A DNA stretch of 64,000 bases from Acidobacteriaceae bacterium (GTDB lineage: Bacteria; Acidobacteriota; Terriglobia; Terriglobales; Acidobacteriaceae): assembly GCA_035502695.1 (NCBI GenBank), contig DATJUD010000172.1:8545-72544 (forward strand). Reading direction: 5' to 3'. A program made the position numbers and the translations under genes. The notes under the pieces are model-generated. The model saw only the letters and a program-made list of their open reading frames with translations, had not been told where the DNA came from and did no database searches. Positions 39,714-48,816 of this stretch are shown here, in pieces; position 1 is the first letter of the stretch; each line of letters begins with the position of its first letter.

Positions 39714-40373
39714 CTACTGCAACGGCAGCGCTACGGAACGTCCGTGCTGGAAGCTGATGATGACTTGCCCGCTCTTGCGCTGAGTCCATTGCGCCTTCGT
39801 CCAGGGATAGGCGAACACCATCAGGCCTTCCACGGAACCTCCCGGAGGAATGACTGTGTGGCGCGTCAACGGTGCCATGTTCATCGCGGTCAATTGCGGA
39901 AAGCGCTGCATGAAGCGGTCAATATCTTCAGGTAGTGCGGCGGAGCTTTCATCGCCCGACGACTGTCCCGGCATCTTCACATCGGAAACCAGGTCAAAGA
40001 GCGTAAGCGGATACTTGCTGATATTGTTGACTCGGGCTTGCACCAGCACCACAGTCTCATCCTGCTCCGGCAACGCCCCCGGCATTCCCGGCCCTTGCGG
40101 CGACGCGCCAGAGTCCACTTGCACCTGATATACATACTGCCGCAGCAAACTGGCGGAGGCATCTGGTTTTGAGCGCCCAAAGTATGCAAAGAATGCCCAT
40201 GCGATACACAAGCCTATTACAACGATAATCCCGGGAACGACAAGCGGGCGCCAGGGTTCAGTCGGCTCGATCTCATCCATCTCGAGCGCACCCACATTTG
40301 GGGTTCGCGCAGAGGGGGGTAGGGACGACTCTTCTTGCAACGTCTCGGGAGCTGAAGATTCGGGGGTAATCAT
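39714..40373 (-). CDS. Hypothetical single-pass membrane protein
   Basis: An acidic N-terminus, one TM helix (VVPGIIVVIGLCIAWAFFAYF), and a beta-rich C-terminal domain. Confidence 0.55.
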   Translation of the reverse strand: MITPESSAPETLQEESSLPPSARTPNVGALEMDEIEPTEPWRPLVVPGIIVVIGLCIAWAFFAYFGRSKPDASASLLRQYVYQVQVDSGASPQGPGMPGALPEQDETVVLVQARVNNISKYPLTLFDLVSDVKMPGQSSGDESSAALPEDIDRFMQRFPQLTAMNMAPLTRHTVIPPGGSVEGLMVFAYPWTKAQWTQRKSGQVIISFQHGRSVALPLQ

Positions 40374-40421
40374 GGTTGCAAGCAGTTTACTCGGAATCCG
40401 AGGAAATCAGCACACTAAAGT

Positions 40422-42167
40422 TTAGAGAATTCGAGGGCGAAATTCACTGAGCACCTCTGCCGCCGACCTCGTGTTTACAACATCTTCCGCCCTCAGGCCG
40501 GCTCGGCGGAGCTGGCGAATGCCATAACGCATCTTTTCCAGGTGCGAGGTATGGTGCGAATCTGTGTTCACAACAATCTTGCATCCCAGCTCCCAGGCGC
40601 GCCGAAGATTGCGATCGTTCAGGTCCAATCGGTCCGGGTAAGCATTGTGTTCCACCGCAACTCCTAATTCGGCGCAGCGCTTCAGAATAGTATCCAAGTC
40701 GAGAGCGTATGCCTCGCGGCGCAGCAACAATCGTCCGGTCGGATGGCCAAGGATTCGGACAAATGGATTTTCAATCGCGTGCAGAATTCGTTCCGTCATC
40801 TGTTCAGACGGCTGGCCAAAATGCGAATGCACGCTGGCAACAACAACATCCATCTGCGCAAGAACATCGTCAGAAAGATCGAGCGCTCCGTCGACCAGAA
40901 TATCAACCTCAATTCCGGGGAAGACCCGAATCCGCCCCTCCATCGCGCGATCGACGCCGCGAATGCGTTCGATGTGCTGTAGCGCGCGCGCATCGTCCAG
41001 GCCATTCGTCATAGCAAGGTTTTTCGAGTGATCCGTGATCGCAATATATTCGTAACCATGTTCGAGCGCCGCATCGGCCATTTCACGGATTGTGTTTTTT
41101 CCGTCCGTCTCATTCGTGTGCATGTGCAGATCGCCGCGAATCTCAGACTGCTCGATCAGCTTGGGAAGCCTGTGCTCCGCGGCCGCTTCAATCTCTCCCA
41201 AATCCTCCCGCAGTTCTGGGGGAATCCAATCGAGGCCGAGCGCGGCATAAATTTCCTCCTCAGTCCGGCTGGGTAGCGCAGTACCATCGTCCAATCGCGC
41301 CAATGCATATTCATTCAGCGTGTAGCCCATCTTCAACGCCCGCTGCCGTACTGACACGTTGTGCAGTTTGGAGCCGGTAAAGTATTGCAGCGCGGCTCCG
41401 TAGCTCTTCTCGGGCAGCATGCGCACATCCACCTGCAAGCCTTGCCGCAGCCGAAAGCTCACTTTGTTCTGCCCCTTGCCAAGAATGTCGGCGATGGGTG
41501 GATAGGCGGCGACGTATTCCACAACCGCCGCGACTTGGTCTTCTTCGCAGGCCGGACCGGTGATCAGAAAATCCAGGTCACCCACCGTTTCCCGCCCGCG
41601 GCGCAATGATCCTGCCGGTGTCACACGATCAATGCCCGGACAATTTCGCAGATATTCCGTCAACTTTTCTGCCGCCAGCTCGGCGTCGTCCAAGTGGAAT
41701 CGTCCAATGTTTTTGCGATATTCCGCGATGCCTTGCAGCAGCTTCGCCACCTGCTTGGGTCCACACCGCGGCAGGTTATCCAGGCGGCCCTCTTTACACG
41801 CTGTTTCCAACTCGTCGACGCTTGAAATTTGCGCAGCGTCCCAAAACAGCGCTACCGTTTTCGGGCCCATGCCGGGCAGTCGCAACAACTCCAGCATCGA
41901 TGGCTTGTATTTGGCCAGCAATTCTTGATGCAGACTCAGCGTGCCTGTCTTCTCCAATTCGACGATATTTGCCGCCATTCCTTTGCCGATGCCAGGAATC
42001 TCCAGCAATCTCTTTGGTTCCGTCGCCAGCGCGCCCACAGAAACCGTGCTCTGCTCTACTACCTCCGCGGCGCGCCGATACGAACGAATGCGAAACGAGT
42101 CGGCCGCGCTTACTTCCAGCAGGTCGGCAGTCTCCGACAATATTTGTGCAATCTGGCGATTTTCCAT
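40422..42167 (-). CDS. polX: Family X DNA polymerase with C-terminal PHP phosphoesterase domain
   Basis: N-terminal HhH/8-kDa-like region (MENRQIAQILSETADLLE..), ..GSLRRGRETVGDLDFL.. (nucleotidyltransferase GS/DxD), and PHP motifs (..DLHMHT.. and ..TDHS..). The start could instead be 42227. Confidence 0.9.
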   Translation of the reverse strand: MENRQIAQILSETADLLEVSAADSFRIRSYRRAAEVVEQSTVSVGALATEPKRLLEIPGIGKGMAANIVELEKTGTLSLHQELLAKYKPSMLELLRLPGMGPKTVALFWDAAQISSVDELETACKEGRLDNLPRCGPKQVAKLLQGIAEYRKNIGRFHLDDAELAAEKLTEYLRNCPGIDRVTPAGSLRRGRETVGDLDFLITGPACEEDQVAAVVEYVAAYPPIADILGKGQNKVSFRLRQGLQVDVRMLPEKSYGAALQYFTGSKLHNVSVRQRALKMGYTLNEYALARLDDGTALPSRTEEEIYAALGLDWIPPELREDLGEIEAAAEHRLPKLIEQSEIRGDLHMHTNETDGKNTIREMADAALEHGYEYIAITDHSKNLAMTNGLDDARALQHIERIRGVDRAMEGRIRVFPGIEVDILVDGALDLSDDVLAQMDVVVASVHSHFGQPSEQMTERILHAIENPFVRILGHPTGRLLLRREAYALDLDTILKRCAELGVAVEHNAYPDRLDLNDRNLRRAWELGCKIVVNTDSHHTSHLEKMRYGIRQLRRAGLRAEDVVNTRSAAEVLSEFRPRIL

Positions 42168-42221
42168 GGCGAACAAGCCGGGCAAGAATTCCAAGCCCTC
42201 GAAGGCATCATCGCACTCAGC

Positions 42222-42255
42222 CGACAAAAATGAAAACCCGGCGCAGGGGCCGGGT
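42222..42255 (-). terminator. Intrinsic terminator downstream of the cold-shock gene
   Basis: The minus strand reads ACCCGGC CCCTGC GCCGGGT TTTCATTTTT: a 7-bp stem followed by a U-rich tract. Confidence 0.65.
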
Positions 42256-42410
42256 CAGGAAACCATATTGAATGAAAACTTATGTTGCATGCGGTCGCAC
42301 CCCAACTGCGGCCGGGATTGTTTCAGATGCGTGACACGCAGGTGAGCGCACACGAACCCAGTCCATTGCAAAGCTCCTGCAATTCAAGAAAACGGCTGTG
42401 GAGATGAGCG

Positions 42411-42647
42411 TTAGCTTCGCATCGTCTCGTGGACCGCGTCTTGCAAGCGCATCACCTGATCCGCTTGCGGTCCTTTATCTCCCTGCACGATGTCAAACTC
42501 GACAGGATCGCCTTCCTTCAGGCTCTTATACCCGTCCGTCTGAATTGCTGTGTAATGCACGAACACATCGGGACCATCGTCGCGCCCAATGAATCCGAAC
42601 CCTTTAGCATTATTGAACCACTTCACTTTGCCTTTGTGCTGAGACAC
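42411..42647 (-). CDS. Cold-shock protein (CspA family) with short C-terminal extension
   Basis: ..[15 protein letters not shown].. (RNP1) and ..VFVHY.. (RNP2). Confidence 0.95.
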   Translation of the reverse strand: MSQHKGKVKWFNNAKGFGFIGRDDGPDVFVHYTAIQTDGYKSLKEGDPVEFDIVQGDKGPQADQVMRLQDAVHETMRS

Positions 42648-42884
42648 GGAACACGCACCTCTAATCTACAGATCGGAAACCGCCAAGGGATCCTGCCGAT
42701 ATAGACGTAGGAAGCACCGAATTGTTATGCAGAGAATAAAAAAAATATGAATGCGGGACAGAAGAAATGGCGAAAGATAGATCGCCCGATGTTTTTTCTG
42801 GCCCAAGAGATCATGTTTACTGTGGAAAAATGCGCGCGCACCCAAGTGGACGATGCCGTGAGAGTGCCGATATGGGAATCGTTG

Positions 42885-43628
42885 TTAGGAAATCCCAGCG
42901 GCGCGACGACGCACGTACATCAGAATCGCGATGATGGATTTCGCGTCGATAATTTTTCCGCTGTCCACCCACTCCAATGCCTGCGATAGTGGAATCTGCT
43001 GGTGCTGAATATATTCATCCTCATCCGGCGCGGATTCTCCGCAACTCAATCCCTCTGCCAGATACACTTGCATCCACTCACCCAGAAACCCTGGACTTAC
43101 GTAGAACCGCGCGATCTTAGTCCAACGCTTGGCGATGTATCCGGTCTCTTCCAGCAGTTCGCGTTTCGCGCCCGGCAGCACATCTTCCTCCGGCTCCTTG
43201 CGACCCGCCGGAATTTCCCACATATACTGACCGGCGGCATGGCGATATTGGCGTTCGACGACGATCATTGGATCGGCCGGATTGCGTGTGTCATCTACCG
43301 CAAGAATCACAACCGAACCCGAGTGCCGGATGACATCGCGACGAGCTGTCTCGCCTTCCGGTTCACGAACATAGTCGGTGTACACGTCGAACAGAGGTCC
43401 CTGATATGCGAGCTTGGAGGAAACGAGCGCAACTTTTCCGCCCTTACTTCCGTTCAGCGTGGCACTCGGAGAAGGAGATTTCGATGCGCCGGTCTTTGCG
43501 CTGGCTGCCGCTTTCTTGCGAGGCGCAACTTTCTTTTCAGAGATCAAATGTTTGTGAGTTTTGCTATTCGCCTTACCGCGCTTTGCTCTCTCTGTCTTCG
43601 TCAACAGTGCTTTCTGCCCAGATTGCAT
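42885..43628 (-). CDS. NUDIX hydrolase (ADP-ribose pyrophosphatase-like) with Lys-rich N-terminal extension
   Basis: Nudix box ..GRKEPEEDVLPGAKRELLEETGY... The first 65 aa or so are Lys/Ala/Ser-rich low-complexity sequence. Confidence 0.85.
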   Translation of the reverse strand: MQSGQKALLTKTERAKRGKANSKTHKHLISEKKVAPRKKAAASAKTGASKSPSPSATLNGSKGGKVALVSSKLAYQGPLFDVYTDYVREPEGETARRDVIRHSGSVVILAVDDTRNPADPMIVVERQYRHAAGQYMWEIPAGRKEPEEDVLPGAKRELLEETGYIAKRWTKIARFYVSPGFLGEWMQVYLAEGLSCGESAPDEDEYIQHQQIPLSQALEWVDSGKIIDAKSIIAILMYVRRRAAGIS

Positions 43629-43762
43629 CCAGTTCCTTTCAGGGTGTTCGTCTCAGCCGGAATGTCTCCCAACAGTATCGGCGGAACATCCGTTCCACAT
43701 GAGACGTTAAACCAAACTCGCTTGTGTGCATCAGAAAAATCTGAGGAAATCCTGCACAGAAT

Positions 43763-44347
43763 CTATCGCGTCGCTGGATGGGCTTCCTGATTCCCAATTT
43801 CGGCGAACGTCATATTCACCGCCGGATGGCCGGTCGCACGCTTCCACTCCTGGAACAGCTGACCATAGCTTGCCTTCATGTAATTTGCCGGCGAGATGCC
43901 AAGCTTAGCGGCGATTCGATCGATCCACTCTGAGCTGCCTTCCAACTCGGCGAAGTCTCCAATGGGAGTTACATCGACGACGACGTGGCCCTCGTTATCG
44001 GCCCACTCTGTCCGAAGCTTCTCGTACACAAACGTGGGAGAAAACCCCATCCGCTCGAAAATAGCGGCGAGCGGACGACCGTCCTCAATCTCGGTTTCTG
44101 TTTCGGCGCGTACTTTATGAGAACTGTTCGCAGAGCTCTCCGATGGCGCTTTGTGGGTCAAGATCCAGCGGTCGCCATACTGACGGATGCGCAGCAGTTC
44201 CCCGCGCTGCCGCAACTCGCCGTCCGGTTTGTCAAACAGCACATTGCGCTCCATCGTCTCCGCCGTCTGCAGATGAAACCCCAGCCTCGGCAGCTGGGTG
44301 GTGAAGCCACCGCGATCTGTCAATCGGACTTTGATTTCTGTTTCCAT
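43763..44347 (-). CDS. CYTH-domain protein (class IV adenylate cyclase / triphosphatase family)
   Basis: METEIKVRL.. (ExExK motif) and ..LRIRQ.. are typical of the CYTH fold. The longest ORF extends to 44473, but the ExExK motif usually sits at the N-terminus. Confidence 0.7.
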   Translation of the reverse strand: METEIKVRLTDRGGFTTQLPRLGFHLQTAETMERNVLFDKPDGELRQRGELLRIRQYGDRWILTHKAPSESSANSSHKVRAETETEIEDGRPLAAIFERMGFSPTFVYEKLRTEWADNEGHVVVDVTPIGDFAELEGSSEWIDRIAAKLGISPANYMKASYGQLFQEWKRATGHPAVNMTFAEIGNQEAHPATR

Positions 44348-44478
44348 CTTGCCTGTCGCCGTCTCCCCGGTCATACCCATAGTTTCGCAGATACGGGCCA
44401 CTTGCACGAATAGATCATTTGACACATTAGGATGGAAGACGGCAGGCTTGCGTTGCGCACGCAGCCTTCGCAAACCCT

Positions 44479-45573
44479 ATGACCGCCAACAAAACAGTTC
44501 GGCTGGAGATTTCTGTCGAGTCCACTTCGTCTGCAACCGCGCGAACCGCTCTTTCCCAGGCTGCGGAAGTCATCCGTTCCGGCGGTACAGTGGCGTTTCC
44601 TACAGAGACGGTCTATGGTCTGGGGGCAAATGCGCTTGATCCAGCCGCAGTGGAGAAGATTTTTCTCGCCAAGCAGCGGCCCGCCTGGGATCCCATGATC
44701 GTCCACATCGCCGACCGCGACATGTTGGCGAAGGTTGCGGCTCGCGCTCCCGGAAATGCCCAGCAAAAAATTGATGCACTCATGGATCAATTCTGGCCCG
44801 GCCCGTTGACCATCCTGCTGCCGAAACAGCCGGCTGTGCCTTCGATTGTGACTGCCGGGCGCGACCTCGTTGGCGTTCGCATGCCAGCGCACCCGGTTGC
44901 GCTGGCGCTGATCAACGCAGCCAACCTACCCATCGCGGCGCCTAGCGCCAATCGCTTCGGCCATACCAGCCCCACCACCGCACTGCATGTGTTGGAGGAC
45001 CTCGAAGGCCGCATCGATCTGGTGCTGGATAGCGGTCCCGCCTGGTGCGGCGTGGAGTCGACGGTGATCGAAGTTCGCGACCACGAAACCATTCTCTATC
45101 GCCCCGGCGCGATCCCTGCCAAGGAGATTAAATCGATTGCCGGGCCAGTTGTTCTCTATCGACCGTCGACGACCGTCGCCACCCCGCCACAGCTACCAGA
45201 ATCCCTGCCATCCCCAGGTGTGGACATGCGCCACTACGCGCCCAACGCCTGCGTCATCCTGCTAGATATGAGCGAGCACACGGAAAACGACCGCCAGAAG
45301 CAATGGCTGCAGGCGGTGCAGGAACAGTTGAATACCGCGCGGAAAATTGGCGTTCTGCTGCCTGCGGATTGGCCGTTGCCCGATGGATTTCGCGGCATCC
45401 ATTTTGCCTGGGGTAGCTGGGAGGATGATCAGGAGTTGGCACAGCGCCTGTTCGCCGGCCTGCGAACGCTGGATGGGATGGGAGCGGAGGTCATTCTATG
45501 CCCATTGCCGGGCGATTCCGGCTTGGGTGCGGCCATTCGCGATCGCCTGCTGAAGGCCGCTCGCGCACAATAG
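44479..45573 (+). CDS. tsaC: L-threonylcarbamoyladenylate synthase (Sua5/YwlC type, with Sua5 C-terminal domain)
   Basis: ..GGTVAFPTETVYGLGANA.., ..KQRPAWDPMIVH.., ..SANRFGHTSPT... Confidence 0.9.
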   Translation: MTANKTVRLEISVESTSSATARTALSQAAEVIRSGGTVAFPTETVYGLGANALDPAAVEKIFLAKQRPAWDPMIVHIADRDMLAKVAARAPGNAQQKIDALMDQFWPGPLTILLPKQPAVPSIVTAGRDLVGVRMPAHPVALALINAANLPIAAPSANRFGHTSPTTALHVLEDLEGRIDLVLDSGPAWCGVESTVIEVRDHETILYRPGAIPAKEIKSIAGPVVLYRPSTTVATPPQLPESLPSPGVDMRHYAPNACVILLDMSEHTENDRQKQWLQAVQEQLNTARKIGVLLPADWPLPDGFRGIHFAWGSWEDDQELAQRLFAGLRTLDGMGAEVILCPLPGDSGLGAAIRDRLLKAARAQ

Positions 45574-45596
45574 CCTGCTTGCGCGTCGCAGTACCC

Positions 45597-46121
45597 CTAC
45601 GACATGGTTTGAGGTAGATTTTCGCCAGCTTTATAGATGTAGCGAATGCTGTCTTTATAGACCAGTACGCGGGTTCGGGCGCCGCTTTGCGGGCCGCCAC
45701 GGCCAACGTTTCGCAGCTTGATGGCGAATCGGTCGTACCACTCAATCACGCCCTCCAGTTCGTCTCCGTTTTCCAGCATCACGATCATTCGCGTCTGCGC
45801 CTGAATCTGTTTCTGGAAATAAAAGACCTCGGCGTGAGAGCTATCTTCGACAGTGCCGTCTGGCATGGCGCGGGCTGTCAATGCTGGGCCATGGCCAAAG
45901 ATCGTGGTCTGGCGGGGCGGACCCGACCGTAACGCAAGGTTTGGCCGGATCAAACGCCGTTGCCCGGAAAAATCGCTGATTGGCTGCGTTGTCGCGGGTA
46001 CTGCCACCACGACGGCGGTGCGCTCGACCGGTTTGGGCTTGGGCAATGGCATGGAATCATTCGAACGGACAGCAGTGCCAGGTTTTAACCTCCGGGACTG
46101 AGGTGGAGGAGAGATCATCAA
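45597..46121 (-). CDS. Hfq-like (Sm-fold) protein with Pro-rich N-terminal extension, or an 89-aa protein if it starts at ATG 45866
   Basis: ..FYFQKQIQAQTRMIVMLENGDELEGVIEWYDRFAIKLRN..(10-aa insert)..LVYKDSIRYIYK.. aligns by eye to Hfq Sm1 (..V.I.L.NG..L.G.I..FD.F.I.L..) and Sm2 (YKHAIS). The start codon is uncertain. Confidence 0.5.
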   Translation of the reverse strand: MMISPPPQSRRLKPGTAVRSNDSMPLPKPKPVERTAVVVAVPATTQPISDFSGQRRLIRPNLALRSGPPRQTTIFGHGPALTARAMPDGTVEDSSHAEVFYFQKQIQAQTRMIVMLENGDELEGVIEWYDRFAIKLRNVGRGGPQSGARTRVLVYKDSIRYIYKAGENLPQTMS

Positions 46122-46221
46122 CCCAATTGATTCTGCTGAATGAATACGATGCTAGTCGAAGACCGAACGTTTTCCAACTGCAGTGTTTGTTTTTTAATTT
46201 TCGAGAAAGGTTGATTTGGAA

Positions 46222-47319
46222 CTACCGCTGCTGGAGAGCCGCGGTCATCGCGTCCAGGGAGAGCGAACGCAGCAGGTTGCGTCGCATACCCGACTCTACC
46301 TCTGCAATGCGCCGCACCGCTTGTTCAATCCAATCGAACGAAACACTCTCGGCCAGACGGCGAAGTTCCGGCAAAATGTCGATGTTGCGCGCCATGTCCG
46401 ACTGTCCAGCCTGCAGTAACATCATGTCTTCCAGCAATAGATAGAGGCTGCGCAGCAAATCCTGAGTCTTCTGCTGGCCCTCCGCTCCGGCGCGATAGGT
46501 TTCCGTCACGCGAAACAGCGCTGAATGGTCCAATTCAGCCGTCGCCGTCCTCAGCAGCAGCAAAGCATCCTTGCGGCTTGCGAGATAAGCGTCAGCGTTG
46601 AAGGAAATCGTCCTGCCAATTGTCCCTTCCGCCAGCCGTGCTACCAGGGTGCGTCGAGCGGTCGGCCATTCCGGGTGCCGCTCGGCCAGTATTTTTTCCA
46701 GCGTCTCCATTGGCACGGCGTGCAAACGCATCTGGCTGCAGCGGGAGCGAATGGTCGGCAGCAGGTCCGACGGATTTTCCGCCAGCAGAAGCAAATGAGC
46801 ATACTCCGGCGGCTCCTCCAGCACCTTCAGCAGCGAATTGGCGGCCTCGCTCATAAATTTTGCGGTCGGGAAAATGTAGATCTTGTCTTTTCCTTCCGAC
46901 GGCGCCCGCTGCGCGTTGTGGATCAGCGATCGAACCTGGCCCACTTTGACCAGGTTCTGCGGTGGATCGGGAGGCACCACCAGCACGTCAGGATGGGTCT
47001 GGATCAGGATGCGGGTGTCTTTGCGGTCGGCATCGCGCAGGTCTTCCCGCGCCTCAACCGCTTCTGCCACGCGCACGTCCAGGTCCAGCGCGGCGGCAAT
47101 TCGGGTGCAGTTGTGGCATACATCGCAGGCATCCGGAAGTCCGTTGAAAGTTTGCGGGTCCAGGCAGTTCAGCGTCTGCGCCAGCGCAATCGCCAACGAA
47201 TACTTGCCTGCGCCTCTTGGCCCGGAAAGCAGAATCGCATGCGGCAGACGTCCGGATGCAGCGGATTCCTGCACTTGCCGCACCGTCGCTTCATTGCCGA
47301 GAAAGCTGCGAAAGTTCAC
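46222..47319 (-). CDS. holB: DNA polymerase III subunit delta-prime
   Basis: ..GRLPHAILLSGPRGAGKYSLAIALAQTLNC.. with a CxxC zinc module and ..SRC.. sensor motif (..TIRSRCSQ..). Confidence 0.9.
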   Translation of the reverse strand: MNFRSFLGNEATVRQVQESAASGRLPHAILLSGPRGAGKYSLAIALAQTLNCLDPQTFNGLPDACDVCHNCTRIAAALDLDVRVAEAVEAREDLRDADRKDTRILIQTHPDVLVVPPDPPQNLVKVGQVRSLIHNAQRAPSEGKDKIYIFPTAKFMSEAANSLLKVLEEPPEYAHLLLLAENPSDLLPTIRSRCSQMRLHAVPMETLEKILAERHPEWPTARRTLVARLAEGTIGRTISFNADAYLASRKDALLLLRTATAELDHSALFRVTETYRAGAEGQQKTQDLLRSLYLLLEDMMLLQAGQSDMARNIDILPELRRLAESVSFDWIEQAVRRIAEVESGMRRNLLRSLSLDAMTAALQQR

Positions 47320-48779
47320 ATTTCGAGCCTAGCAGAATTAGCGTTACGTTCTTTGGCGACCATCATCAACGGATATTTCGGCCGCAAAGTAATTTTTGGC
47401 TGCACATCGACCGCCTGGCCGGGAACCATGTGGAAGCTCCACCGCTGCGCCAGCGTTGCCAGAATTAACACGCCTTCCATCCACGCGAAGGCCTCACCGA
47501 TGCACTGGCGCGAACCGCCGCCAAAGGGGAAATAGGTGAACCGCGGCCGTACTGCTTTCTGCTCCGGCGTGAAACGCTCGGGATCGAACCGCAAGGGCTC
47601 CGGATAAAATTCTTCACTGCGCTGCAGAATGTATTGGCTGAAGAAAAAATATGTTCCCGCGGGCAGTCGATACGGCCCCAACTCGATAATTTGCGTGGAT
47701 TGCCTTCCCATCGCCCACGCTGGCGGATACAGCCGCATCGATTCCGCGAACACCATCTCCGTGTAACGCAGGCGCGGCACGTCTTCCAGCGTCGGTAGTC
47801 TGCCTTGCAGCACTTCGTCAATTTCGTGGTGCATTCGCTCCGCTGCCGCTGGATTTTCCGATAGCAGATACCAGGTCCAGGTCAGTGCATTCGCGACCGT
47901 CTCATATCCCGCAAGAAAAATCGTGATGACTTCATCTCGCAGTTGCCGATCGCTCATCCCCGCCGGAGGCAAAGGTCGACTGTGCCCTACGGCGGCGGCG
48001 GTTTCCCCCTCATCCCGGGCCGTCATCAGCATGGAGAGCAGGTCGCCTCGGTCTTCATTGGCTGCCCGTCGCTCCGCAATCATGCGATAGACCTGGGCAT
48101 CCAGCCGAGCCCGCGCTTTGCGAAACCGAATTAGGCCCGGGATGGGCCAGCGCAAATAACTCTCCGCCCTCGGCAGGGCGATCAGGTAGTTGTAGAGGCG
48201 CATGATCACGTTGACCTCGTCGTTGATCTCGCGAATGGCAGCCGTCACGTCGGTGGCAAACAGTGTGCGCGCGACAATTTCCAGCGTCAGCTCCATCATC
48301 GCGGCCGACATGTCGAAGGTCTGTCCCGGTTGCCAGTTGGCGCGCATCGCGGCTCCGCGTTCCACCATCATTTCGGCGTAGGACTGGATTCGCTGGCGAT
48401 GAAAGGCAGGCGCTGCGATGCGCCGCTGCCGCATGTGAAAATCGCCCTCGCTGGTAATTAAACCCTCGCCCAGCAGTATCTTCATCCGGTTCTGAGTGCG
48501 CTCTTTAATGAATGCCGAGGCCTGCGTCACGAGTATCTCGCGGATCAGTTCCGGCTCGTTAATGAACACAATGTTGCTGCCGCCCAGCTTGTAATGCGAA
48601 ACAGGACCAAACGTCTTCGCCAGGTGTTCAAACAGCAGGATTGGATTTCCCGGCCGAAAAAAACGGCGAAACAAATAGAGCGGCAGATTGCGTTGCAGGC
48701 CCGGCGGAAAACGAAATAACTCAGACTCGCGCCCCGAATCGTGCTGTGCCGAAGTTGCAGATTGGGAGGGGCTGGCCAT
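47316..48779 (-). CDS. Cytochrome P450
   Basis: Heme-thiolate loop ..FPFGGGSRQCIGEAFA.., an ExxR motif (ESMR), and an I-helix ..AGYETVANAL... Its stop overlaps the holB GTG start (GTGA). Confidence 0.9.
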   Translation of the reverse strand: MASPSQSATSAQHDSGRESELFRFPPGLQRNLPLYLFRRFFRPGNPILLFEHLAKTFGPVSHYKLGGSNIVFINEPELIREILVTQASAFIKERTQNRMKILLGEGLITSEGDFHMRQRRIAAPAFHRQRIQSYAEMMVERGAAMRANWQPGQTFDMSAAMMELTLEIVARTLFATDVTAAIREINDEVNVIMRLYNYLIALPRAESYLRWPIPGLIRFRKARARLDAQVYRMIAERRAANEDRGDLLSMLMTARDEGETAAAVGHSRPLPPAGMSDRQLRDEVITIFLAGYETVANALTWTWYLLSENPAAAERMHHEIDEVLQGRLPTLEDVPRLRYTEMVFAESMRLYPPAWAMGRQSTQIIELGPYRLPAGTYFFFSQYILQRSEEFYPEPLRFDPERFTPEQKAVRPRFTYFPFGGGSRQCIGEAFAWMEGVLILATLAQRWSFHMVPGQAVDVQPKITLRPKYPLMMVAKERNANSARLEM

Positions 48780-48816
48780 GAAGGAAAGTGAAATCAGCGC
48801 ACAGGTGCAGATTCAA

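Noticed and set aside
46525-47535. 336-aa ORF antisense to holB / the 3' end of the P450
   Set aside because: It is a shadow ORF with an Arg-rich, low-information translation. The opposite strand carries convincing holB and P450 motifs.
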